A stretch of DNA of 62,961 nt, the filler included, from Sphacelaria rigidula (Eukaryota): the NCBI GenBank assembly GCA_964200075.2. It is 10 parts of 10 records of this genome, joined end to end, with 100 filler letters (N's around TTAATTAATTAA, not from the genome) between each part and the next. Parts side by side here need not be neighbours in the genome. Positions count along the whole stretch, not along the records: positions 31,534 to 37,739 come from CAXNAA020021513.1; positions 37,840 to 44,045 come from CAXNAA020021514.1; positions 44,146 to 50,351 come from CAXNAA020021515.1; 7 more parts are not named here. One strand, 5' to 3'. A program made the translations under genes and the position numbers. Numbering within the stretch: the stretch's first letter is position 1; each line of letters begins with the position of its first letter. The notes below the pieces were generated by a model that saw only the letters and a list, made by a program, of their open reading frames with translations, did no database searches and was not told the origin of the DNA. Of the stretch, positions 35,289 to 44,339 are shown piece by piece.

Positions 35289-35382
35289 CTCGACGCGGCG
35301 AAGGAACACTCCGTCCGCTTGCAGCGCACATCTTGACACCTCGTCTTCTGCATCATCCAACAACCGAAGAGTCGGCTTATAT
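35289..35382 (-). CDS. Exon, unknown protein
   Basis: CTAG| ... GAG|GTACCA. YKPTLRLLDDAEDEVSRCALQADGVFLRRVE joins 34960-35106 in phase 0. Confidence 0.55.
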
Positions 35383-36150
35383 CTAGATGATGTTTATACA
35401 TATATATTTATATATACCCCGACTTTAACGTGTACCATTGCTCCTTGAATTCGCACGGGAATTGTCGGGAAGACCTGCAACGTAGCAACTGCACTGTTTT
35501 TGACGTGGGGCTGATACGATCGGATTCGGCTGCATAGTGCCCACGAGAGAGTGCGCGGATTACCGACTGGTATATCCAAACAGTAGTGGGTATAATCCAC
35601 AGGCTCCTGGGTATATGCAGGTGCGGTGATTGTGTTTGCTTCCGTCAATTACCTGGCTTGCTTTGCTGACAACTGCGATGGAATGGATAAATATCGTCGA
35701 CTTTTGAGACATTGAGCGAACTGAAAGGTACAATAATGAGGGAGTGAAATACAAAAAGACGACTTTCGGGTGTACGAAGTACGAGAAAAGCAGGGAAGTA
35801 CGTACTAGGAACACACAATGTGAACAGTACACACAAAACGTTGATTCGCGTCTTTCTCCTACTGTGAGATGTGCGGGCAAATAGAGCTCAGCTAGCTCCA
35901 TAGCTTGCGTCATCCCATTTCCCATCCTTGACTCCACATTGAAAAAAGCTGCATACCGATCAACCTACCCACCGATGCTATGGACAACAGCGGTGTGTCT
36001 CACCGCGTTTCCGGCGCCTTTTGCCCGCTGTGCGGCGCGCGTCCGTTGAAGTGCGCTTTTGAGGGGCAGTACTGGCATCTGGATTTCACCAGCGAGTGCA
36101 TCACCTGCATATGTCAAGTGGAGGAGGAGGTAGTGTAGGGACACAGTTTT

Positions 36151-36500
36151 GCCCCGGTGGCTCAGTTGGTAACCTCACGACCTTCTGACGGTTGGGTCGT
36201 GGGTTCAATTCTTGGAGCGATCTGAGATTTTTTCTCACACCATGCCCAACAATGGAGAGCGACTACGTCGTGTGTACACAAAACTCGACTTGACGGTCGA
36301 CGAGGGGAAGGGACTGCTGAACCCCTCTCGCGATAAAAAGTAAAAAGGCAAGCACCGCATAAGGAAGGTGGGGTGTTAAAAAAGAAAAAGAAAAAGAAAA
36401 GCTCCTGCGTTGACCTTCCTCCCGTGTGACCCCGACTGGTGCGCCTACATATACCGAAGGCTGTAGACCGGCGCCCAGAATAGATGAGAGGACAACACAA
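36151..36500 (+). mobile_element. Full-length tRNA-derived SINE (tRNA-Arg(TCT)-like head)
   Basis: A-box TGGCTCAGTTGG, B-box GGTTCAATTC and CTTCTGA loop. Flanked by ACACAGTTTT / ACACAATTTT, a 10-bp TSD with one mismatch. Second copy at 37101. Confidence 0.85.
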
Positions 36501-36642
36501 TTTTGAAGGAGTCGGGGGTGAGTGGGGATCGGGGGCGGGGGCGGGGGCGGGGGCGGGGGGTGCGCATTCTGGCAGCTTGCGGGAGCTCTTTTGATTCAAN
36601 NNNNNNNNNGGGGGGGAGGGGGTGGGAGGGGGAGAACGGAAG

Positions 36643-36712
<70 letters not shown>

Positions 36713-37100
36713 AGGGGAGGTTGTGGCAAAGATTATGGTGCGTAGTCGGTCTTGTTCCGAATTTCAGGGCGTATTGATGGATATACGAGTGCTCGTGAAG
36801 AGTTGTATCTGGCCGAGCACCCTACAGTGTAGAGCACAGTATGAATGGGCGTGGTGTGCGGTATTTCTATACTTCTCTTGAATTAAAAATACTAAGTTTC
36901 GAAAGGATTATAAAGCTGTGACATGTCTCAGCTGCCCGGTGTAAATGAATGGAAGTGTAGTGTCTGCTTCCTCTCTCGTTCGCCCCCTTTCTGCATGTAG
37001 TTTGGTGCAAACAATTTTTGGAGTCGAGTAGCTGCAATGTTTTATCGTATTGGCAGACGTCAACTCTCGAGAATTACTGGAGTTATGGCATAAACCGGTC

Positions 37101-37580
37101 GCCGCGGTGGCTCAGCTGGTAACCTGCCAGCCTTCTGATGGTAGGGTCGTGGGTTCGAATCTCGGTGAAGTTACGCGGTCTGGGATTTTCTCACACCATG
37201 CCCAACAGTGGAGAGCGACCATGTCGTGGGTACGCGAAAGGCAACTTCACGGTCGACGAGGGAAAGGGACCGCTGAATCTTTCTCGCACGAAAAAAGAAG
37301 GCAAGCATCGCAGAAGGAAGGAAAAAGACTCAGAAGACAAAAGAAAAAACAATCATACGTTGACCTTCCTCCTGTGTGACCCCGGCTGATGCGTCTTAAT
37401 CCTTTGGGAACCCACTGACGATTTTTGTTTTCGTGAATCGGCATCATTTTAACTCGAAAAATGACTGAAAACGATGCCAATTCACAATAACAAAAATCGT
37501 CAACGGGTTCCAAAAGGCTCAATATACTGAAAAGTGTAGACTGGTGTGCAGAATAGATGAGATGACAACACACGCACATA
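37101..37580 (+). mobile_element. Second copy of the tRNA-derived SINE, interrupted by a MITE
   Basis: A-box TGGCTCAGCTGG, B-box GGTTCGAATC and CA-rich tail. Colinear with 36151-36500. Confidence 0.85.
37400..37518. mobile_element. piggyBac-like palindromic MITE at a TTAA site
   Basis: TTAA|TCCTTTGGGAACCC..GACGATTTTTGTT ... AACAAAAATCGTC..GGGTTCCAAAAGGC|TCAA. Absent from the 36151 SINE copy. Confidence 0.75.
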
Positions 37581-37739
37581 ACAGAGGACGCGAGGTTGGT
37601 GTCCGAGGGAAATGCTGTTCGTTTTTCCTTCTCGTTATTTCAAGCCTTTCCCCCCCCCCTTCGTCGTCGATAGGAGAAGGAAGTACATGGACAGAACTGC
37701 CCCTGTGGCAAAGCAATAGAGAGCAAAAGTCATATAGTG

Positions 37740-37839
37740 NNNNNNNNNNNNNNNNNNNNNNNNNNNNNNNNNNNNNNNNNNNNTTAATTAATTAANNNNN
37801 NNNNNNNNNNNNNNNNNNNNNNNNNNNNNNNNNNNNNNN
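37740..37839. other. Artificial contig spacer
   Basis: N44-TTAATTAATTAA-N44. Confidence 0.99.
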
Positions 37840-38049
37840 CTCGCTGACCGAAACTGCTGTTCTTCCTGATATCCCCCCCCCCCCCCCCGTAAAAAATAAG
37901 TAGAAATGGCGGTTTCGGACAGCGCTGTAAGCTCACAGAGTCGATAAAATGCGCTGAACAAGTATCCACGCGATCGAGGAGCATTAGGCCGACAAGAAAG
38001 TCATTGGGCACCATCGCTGAAAGCGCGGAGAAAGTACTGTTTTGAGCTC

Positions 38050-38288
38050 GAACCTCATTTCATTGATGAACCTCATTTCATTGATGAACCTCATTTTATA
38101 GAATCCTCTGTTATGTGATTGAGCTTGGTTGCATTGAATTTAGTATAAAACCGGAACCTGCCAGCTCGCTTGGTTGCATCGAGTATAAAGGGTTTAGTAT
38201 AGAAGCAGAACCTGCCAGCCCCCTTGGTTGCATTGAGTATATAGGATTTGGTATAGAACGGAACCCGCCAGCCCGCTTGGTTGCATGG
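38050..38288. repeat. Tandem repeats: 18-bp GAACCTCATTTCATTGAT x~3, then ~45-54-bp CTTGGTTGCAT units x~4
   Basis: Direct inspection. CTTGGTTGCAT recurs at about 38124, 38169, 38223 and 38276. Confidence 0.85.
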
Positions 38289-38803
38289 GAGCGTGGGGCC
38301 TGACCCAGCCGGTCGACAGGTGTATGCCGGCGCTGGTTGCGTCTCACCCGGCCATGTTCCGTACCTCGCAAGTAATGGGTGCGGTAACACGAACCCTTTC
38401 AACAGTGACGTATGTGGAAACACCGCGTGTCGACCGCAACGTTTTATTACAGATAGGCGAACACGGCATCACACGAGCCCACGTTATCACGGCGGACACC
38501 CAACCACGGTTGTGACGAATCGTTGCCGGTTCTGATAACCGAATCAACAGAATACTGAGGCCTGATTGCCCCAACGAGAGCAAAGTTTCCACCGCTAGGA
38601 AAAAAGGTTCCCACCCAATTTTTGCCGGGGTAATTTTGCGCCATTTCATGTGCCTGGGCTCAGTATACCTCGGCTGCAACCCTAAAAACAAGGGTTGAGG
38701 ATGCTTTCGTGCGGCACGAATCAGCTACGAGTGCACGAAAATTGAGTAATTTTCACACGAGGTATTACTTCAAGAACATGCGAGGCCCACAGCATTTCCT
38801 CAC

Positions 38804-39043
38804 CTCTAGATGCTCCTCCTGCTCAGCTTTAACCGCCTCGATGATGGTGGGATCCTGTGTCGCCCTGACACCAGGAGTGCCGTTCAGGGTGTCTTTGTAC
38901 ACGGTACAGGCGTGGCATTTCATGAACGTCGAACCGATCTTGGGCTGCAGCTTGGGTCGTGTCTGTCGCCAAATGCGATAAAAAAACGCTTCGCTCGCAA
39001 CTAATCCTCCCGCCTCCTGTCCCTTGTAAAGGGCATACAGCTC
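38804..39043 (-). CDS. Sola-like / DUF7869-type transposase gene, exon C
   Basis: CCGCAG| ... GAG|GTGAGG, 80 codons. ELYALYK..ASEAFFYRIWRQTRPKL..TFMKCHACTVYK..EQEEHLE matches the S-xx-F-xx-IW...F-x-KC-xx-C...H pattern. Confidence 0.7.
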
Positions 39044-39874
39044 CTGCGGGACGTAGCGACCCGACAAGGGATGATTTGTCGTCGGTAGAAGTAGGGTTGT
39101 ACCAACGGCGTTGACACCCCCGTTGTACATCTTATGATAATATCCTGGTGCTATATACCAGGATGACGGGCGCAAGCCCGGTCTCGGCCATCGACATACA
39201 CGTGTGATGACTCCCGCATCGCCCCTCCGTCCATCGTATGACTTCAACGAATATCGGGTGACACGTACCTGTTCTTCAATCAACGTGGAGTTGAGAAGAT
39301 TCAGAAGGCAGGGGCACATGTGCCAAAGGTTTGTGTCCGCTGAATCTCTGGATCGATGCTGTTATGTCGCATGGAGCCGGTACACATTGACGAACGGTGT
39401 GTGATCCGAGACATCACCTCGCGAGAGAAGATTCACTACGGGCGAGGTGCACGTCTTCGTATTTGTAGCTCTACATAGACGTGTACGACTTTGACCAATG
39501 AGTACATTGTCTTCATGATGAAAGTGGCGTGAAACGGCAAGACCCCTCGACTGTAGGTCTGACCGGGCTGCATTACTACGAAAATGAGTGCGAAAAAACC
39601 GTTGTTGTACTGCTACGCAGGCTCGCCCGGGAGAGGAGCTGCAATGTAAGTGGCCCGGGTGAGAGCCGTGTGAGAGCATCGAGCGTGGCGGTCGAGCATA
39701 ACAGTCAACGCGAGCCTTGCAGGTGCAATGGATATCAACCTAACATTAAGTAAGGTAGACGTCGGGGTGTTCATAGCTTGATCTAAGACAAAATCTTTGC
39801 GCCTAGTACAACGTCTGCGACAGGTCGCAATCTGCATTGCTTCGCACTTAATGTTGAACACCAGGACTAGCCGC

Positions 39875-40001
39875 CTTCTTACTTCGAAGGTAGAGGTACG
39901 TGGCGTCTTTATGGGGCATGTATTGTCCGAACCTTGCGGCGAAGTGGTCGAGAAACGCCACGACGTGCTCGTGTCGGCTGCGTACCTGTGAGCTATCAGC
40001 G
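39875..40001 (-). CDS. Sola-like / DUF7869-type transposase gene, exon B
   Basis: ACGCAG| acceptor in phase 2, matching exon A. HVVAFLDHFAARFGQYMPHKDATYLYLRSKK has the G-x-x-MP motif. The donor is non-canonical (GC) or mutated. Confidence 0.6.
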
Positions 40002-40589
40002 CTGCGTGTCAAACACGTCGTCTGAGAAACGCCGATGGATCAAGGCGGAGGGGGGTTGGGCAGTGCGGAGGAACGCGGACTCAGAATCCTCACCGCACAC
40101 GGTCGATTGGAACTCGGTATAACGTGGGCTGCGCCGCTGTCATGCACTTACGGTCTGTCCGTATGGGCTTAAGGAGAGGATGCTGTTGGCACGGCGATGT
40201 CGAAGTGCGGGATAGATGCCTGTGCAGTAGGTTGTAGTGGTTTCAAATTTAAACCCCATGCGTTTAAATGATGCAAGTGCAGCACGGTAACATTTAATTA
40301 TGTGATATTAACCTCCGCTCCGCAACAGCTGCTTGCCGGTACACCCTAGCGACGTTTGTTAGACTGCGATGGCGTTCGGAATACATTAGTGGCACCGCGA
40401 CTCGAATACTTCGCCGTGAACATGTGCTGACTACAGAAGCTGTGCACTTTTGTGAGGAGCTGCACGCCGCCATGATGAATCGGTCTACGCGCTGCGACCC
40501 AACTGAGCTCATGAAAGCATGTCGGCCACACGAACATCGACCAGCACTGGAAACAATGTATCCATTTTTAAACATGACCCCTGTTGCGG

Positions 40590-40812
40590 TGAACAAGTAA
40601 AGGTGAGCACCGCAGAACGACGGCAAAGTACAGTGCTCAAAACAAAAACAAGAAAAAGCTTCTGTGTTGACCTTCCCCCTGTGCGCCCCCGGCAGATGCG
40701 CCCAAATATACTGGAAGGTGTACACCGGCGTCCAGGCCTCCAGAATAGATGGGACGACGAAGACCCGTGCACACACACACATACATACATACACGCACAC
40801 ACACACACGCAC
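40590..40812 (+). mobile_element. 5'-truncated SINE/LINE 3' end with (CA)n tail, inside transposase intron
   Basis: GTTGACCTTCCCCCTGTGCGCCCCCGGCAGATGCGCCCAAATATACTGGAAGG..CAGAATAGATG matches the tail of the 36151 and 37101 SINEs. Confidence 0.75.
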
Positions 40813-40925
40813 CACCCCAGGTGATCGGTGTAACAATTAAAATGCTCTCCGAGCACAGGCGACGGGAACACCCTGAGTAGTTGGTCTCGATCCCGCAGAA
40901 CACTGTAAGTCATGGCACGACATAC

Positions 40926-41397
40926 CTGTTCATGACTACCGAAGACCGTGGGTTCCTCTTCGCGCATTCGATGGTGTTGTGCGACACTCCAAAAGCAAGT
41001 CTGAAAAACGAGTTACAAACCAACTCATTCGCCGCTAGCATGGATCCCTGATATTTTCTGATCTTCATAAGCGGCACCTGACGACGCACCCAGTCAAGTC
41101 GCGCCCGGCATGACCTCAGTTTTGCAAAGTCTGCTTGCTCTGCGCGCAGTACGACGATATCACGGGCGCCGCAAAGAAAACCGTCAACACACGTCAGCGT
41201 CTTGCAGCACTGAAGTGACATCTGCACCATGTCCGATACGTCGGTAGTAGCCGGCTGTGTCGTGTTCTTCGAATCGTTCTGAAAGGATCGGCTTCCCGAG
41301 TGTCGGCCTGTACTGCCCCGATGTAGGGTGCTGTGGAACGAGCCGTCGGGGGGTGGGGTGTTTGGGCTGATGGTCTGGAGGGGGCATGGGCTCAGAC
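40926..41397 (-). CDS. Sola-like / DUF7869-type transposase gene, exon A (5' boundary uncertain)
   Basis: Open frame LQCCKTLTCVDGF..IVVLRAEQADFAKL..RLDWV..LVCNSFFRLAFGVSHNTI fits the N-terminal CC..C / VC-xx-FF-xxxx-GVS pattern. AG|GTATGT donor at 40925 and candidate acceptor CCCGCAG near 41398. Confidence 0.65.
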
Positions 41398-41676
41398 CTG
41401 CGGGAGAGGGGACATCATCACCTCCACCTCTTATGAAATGTGCGTGCCCACACACCACAATCGGTTTTCCCGCAGTGAGATGCCACTGACATATCGCGCA
41501 TGTCGGTGCGATAAATAACGGGTCATGCGCCCTAGGAAACGGAAAACCAATGGCAATCCTGTATCTTCCAAAATTGCCGCGCCCTCCATCCAACCTCCGC
41601 CCACGCACACCACCCTCCGCTTCAATTTAGCAACACAAACCGCCATCGGTTATTCACATCCGGTGCCGACGGTGGA

Positions 41677-42103
41677 ATGTCTGTGGCTGTGGCTGATGGG
41701 GGGGGGAGGGGGGGTGCTGAGCTCGAAAAGTGGGGCCACAACAGCCAGGGAATCCTCGCAAACAGTCTGACCCGGAACTTCATCGCCTGCTTCGAGGTGC
41801 CTCTTAGCCAAATAAGGCTGACGACGTTCACGCGCCCGCTGAACGAAAGAGGTTTAGACGTGATGGTGAAGTCCATCACGGATAAGGGATGGCTCCCTCA
41901 CGCCGAGCCTGCGCTAGTCGTGGACAGGGAAGGGCTGCCGAACGGCAAGTTCACCGAGAACTGCATTCCGACAGCCGTGTACAAAGTACTTGACGGAAAC
42001 CATCGACTCGAAGCGGCCAAGAAAATCATGAGCGGAGAGACGAGACTACGCTGCCGTGTGCACTACGCGTTCGATGCTGCTGCCATGAGGGTCTTGGGCG
42101 ATT
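41677..42103 (+). CDS. ParB/Srx-fold domain protein, exon 1
   Basis: EVPLSQI..TRPLNERGLDVMVKSITDKGW..ALVV..YKVLDGNHRLEAAKKI..LRCRV is a complete ParB N-terminal domain signature (DGNHR at 41992-42006). GC3-rich, with a phase-1 GT donor at 42104. Confidence 0.85.
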
Positions 42104-42831
42104 GTACCTTTGCCGCGTGCCTATCTTCCCGCTTGTGTACCCGCTTGTTGTGAATCGACTGACGGTTTCTGGCGTGCGTGCAGCATTCAACAGTCGGCGG
42201 TATTCACTATCGATCTCAACATGTGATACAGATACCACGCAGGCGCTGGCCGCCCCGCAGCAAGTAGCAATTTTGATACCAATGTCTCAAGTTTCATGTG
42301 GCGGTGTGCTGTCTACTTATGTGCAACCTTTTGTTTTTCACCACATGCCCCGCCTTCTGCAGGTCAAGGAGAACAACTCTGCGGCTGTAATCGCCGTGGT
42401 TGGTGACCCACGTTTCTCTGTTTACTTCCGTTTCTGTATCGCCCCGGTTGTTACGTGCACGGAACGGCCTCCCCAAAAAGAAGTAGGAGAGCAATATTTC
42501 CTCGCGAGATTCGTTTGTTTCATGTTCAAACTTTGGTACAGCGTATGTGCTCATGAACAGGGTTCATGCACATACATGTTCGCTAATCCCCCGCACGATA
42601 TTGAGGCACCCTGCATCTGAGAACCGCAGGGATATGTATCGTATGCCCGCACAGCATAGGTCTGCGCAGGTGTCAATCATGCCACTATTTCCTTGTCGGA
42701 CATGAATCTGGCTTTAGACCGGCTTCCACCGCGATACCAATAATCTACGTTTGCTCGGCGCGTCCCATTTTCCCCGCGCCCCCTGCTTGCACTTCTTGCC
42801 TATGCTGTAGTGATCGTGCGGCGTTCGGCAG

Positions 42832-42974
42832 CACTCAATGATGCCACCGAGACCATAACCGCGCGTACAACGTTCGACAGTTTGTATCTCCACGCCGAGA
42901 ACATTAAGGGCATTAAGGAGAGGCCGAAAAAGTCGGAGGTCACCGCGCAGGAGATGGCCGAAGCATACAGGACG
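42832..42974 (+). CDS. ParB/Srx-fold domain protein, exon 2
   Basis: Phase-1 acceptor (CAG at 42831, or TAG at 42810; both in frame). SLNDATETITARTTFDSLYLHAENIKGIKERPKKSEVTAQEMAEAYRT|GTGCGC supplies the Asn that follows ParB domains and a possible HTH-like start. Confidence 0.7.
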
Positions 42975-43389
42975 GTGCGCATGTACGTAACACTAATGCT
43001 TCAGTGCGTATACCCCCTGCTGCCTTGAATCCAGCGGCTTTTCCCCTTTACTTCCTCGTTTTGCATGTGTTTTGCCCTTTCCGCAGTTTTCGTTTCCTCT
43101 TCTCGTCTTCGAGTGTCCACTTCCTTCTGTGCATTTGTGCGTGTGCCCACTTTTCTTTCCTTGTTCGCGTCTCGGTGTGGTAAATCATCCCTTGACTTTT
43201 TCCGTTCCTTCCTCGCGTAAGATACGTCTATCATGTGACGACGGGTGGGTATCGGGGGGAACACGTCACGTGCGACAATCAATGAATCAATCAATGAATC
43301 ACTCACCCAGTTCTCAAAGATCCGCCCGCAAGCCCCCGACCGCATGCACCACTGATGTTTGAGATATTGTGAGAGTAGAGGAAACAACT

Positions 43390-43583
43390 GAGGCCCTGCC
43401 TTAGCACATGGATTGTCCATGGAAAAAGTGCGGTGGAAAACGAAAATCTTTATATGACAGGTCGCAATTGAAACCATCGTCGATTTTTTTGAAGATGGGT
43501 AAAATCATGACCTATCCGGCACGGATTTTTGTCTTCCACCGCACTTTTTCGATCGAAAACTCAGGTGCGAAGACAGGCCCTGA
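43390..43583. mobile_element. ~190-bp foldback MITE
   Basis: GAAAAAGTGCGGTGGAAAAC / GTCTTCCACCGCACTTTTTC and GGCCCTGCCTTAGCAC / GTGCGAAGACAGGCCC arms. Confidence 0.7.
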
Positions 43584-43639
43584 GAGTGAAAATCGGCCGA
43601 TTAGTGCATGAATCGTTTTAGTTCCGATGTGCCCCTCCA

Positions 43640-43975
43640 CGAGGCCGTACTCGACGCACTCCAAGTTTGAGTAGAGTATTGAGATTATGCTCGAATGATA
43701 CTCGACAGTTGAGTATCACTGAGAGTGCTCACTGAAGATTGGAGTAGAGTATTTGAGGTCGTACTCGTTCTACTCATATTCGGAGTACCGAGGTTATACT
43801 GAAGTGATACTCTATACTCAGGAAATACTGAGAGTAACCACTCGATATTGCGTGGAGTATTTGAGGCCGCACTTATTGTACTCAAATTCTGAGTAGAGTA
43901 TTCAAGCACTCTCAGTAATACCTGAGTATTGAGTACCACTTAAGTATGACCTCACTGCTCGAAATATGAGTAGAA
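43640..43975. repeat. GAGTAGAGTA/TACTC minisatellite (same family as 24430-24730)
   Basis: GAGGCCGTACTCGACGCACTC..GAGTAGAGTATT units in both orientations. Confidence 0.75.
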
Positions 43976-44045
43976 CTTGTGACGAAATATCGCCTACATG
44001 ATGTGCTATGTAGTGATCAGCATGATGATGACCGTTGACTGTGTA

Positions 44046-44145
44046 NNNNNNNNNNNNNNNNNNNNNNNNNNNNNNNNNNNNNNNNNNNNTTAATTAATTA
44101 ANNNNNNNNNNNNNNNNNNNNNNNNNNNNNNNNNNNNNNNNNNNN
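44046..44145. other. Artificial contig spacer
   Basis: N44-TTAATTAATTAA-N44. Confidence 0.99.
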
Positions 44146-44339
44146 TACGAGTCGAATCAATTATAATAAAACCAACTAATTTCCAGACGAATCATTATTT
44201 GTCCGACCCTTGGAAAGTTAGCTAGTGTTCGGAGATCAAAACATCGCAACGCAGAAATCTTGGGTGTGAAACATCTCGGTATTCGCCCTGCCCAACATAC
44301 CCTTGGATAATCTTGTTTCATGTTTCACATTTCAATTTC

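Noticed and set aside
35980..36137. Small plus-strand ORF with CPLC..CITC
   Set aside because: It overlaps a minus-strand exon candidate bounded by CAG|..|GTGAGA and is more likely an antisense shadow.
36151..36225. Functional tRNA-Arg gene
   Set aside because: The acceptor stem does not pair, and it is followed by a ~270-bp body shared with other copies, so it is a SINE head.
36610..36720. Poly-Gly/poly-Pro ORFs or a functional G-quadruplex array
   Set aside because: A G homopolymer next to an N gap. Its length is unreliable and may be inflated by sequencing.
37955..38017. DGAQ-like catalytic exon of the Sola-like transposase
   Set aside because: There is a stop right after the motif and no phase-compatible link to exon C, so it is too weak to call.
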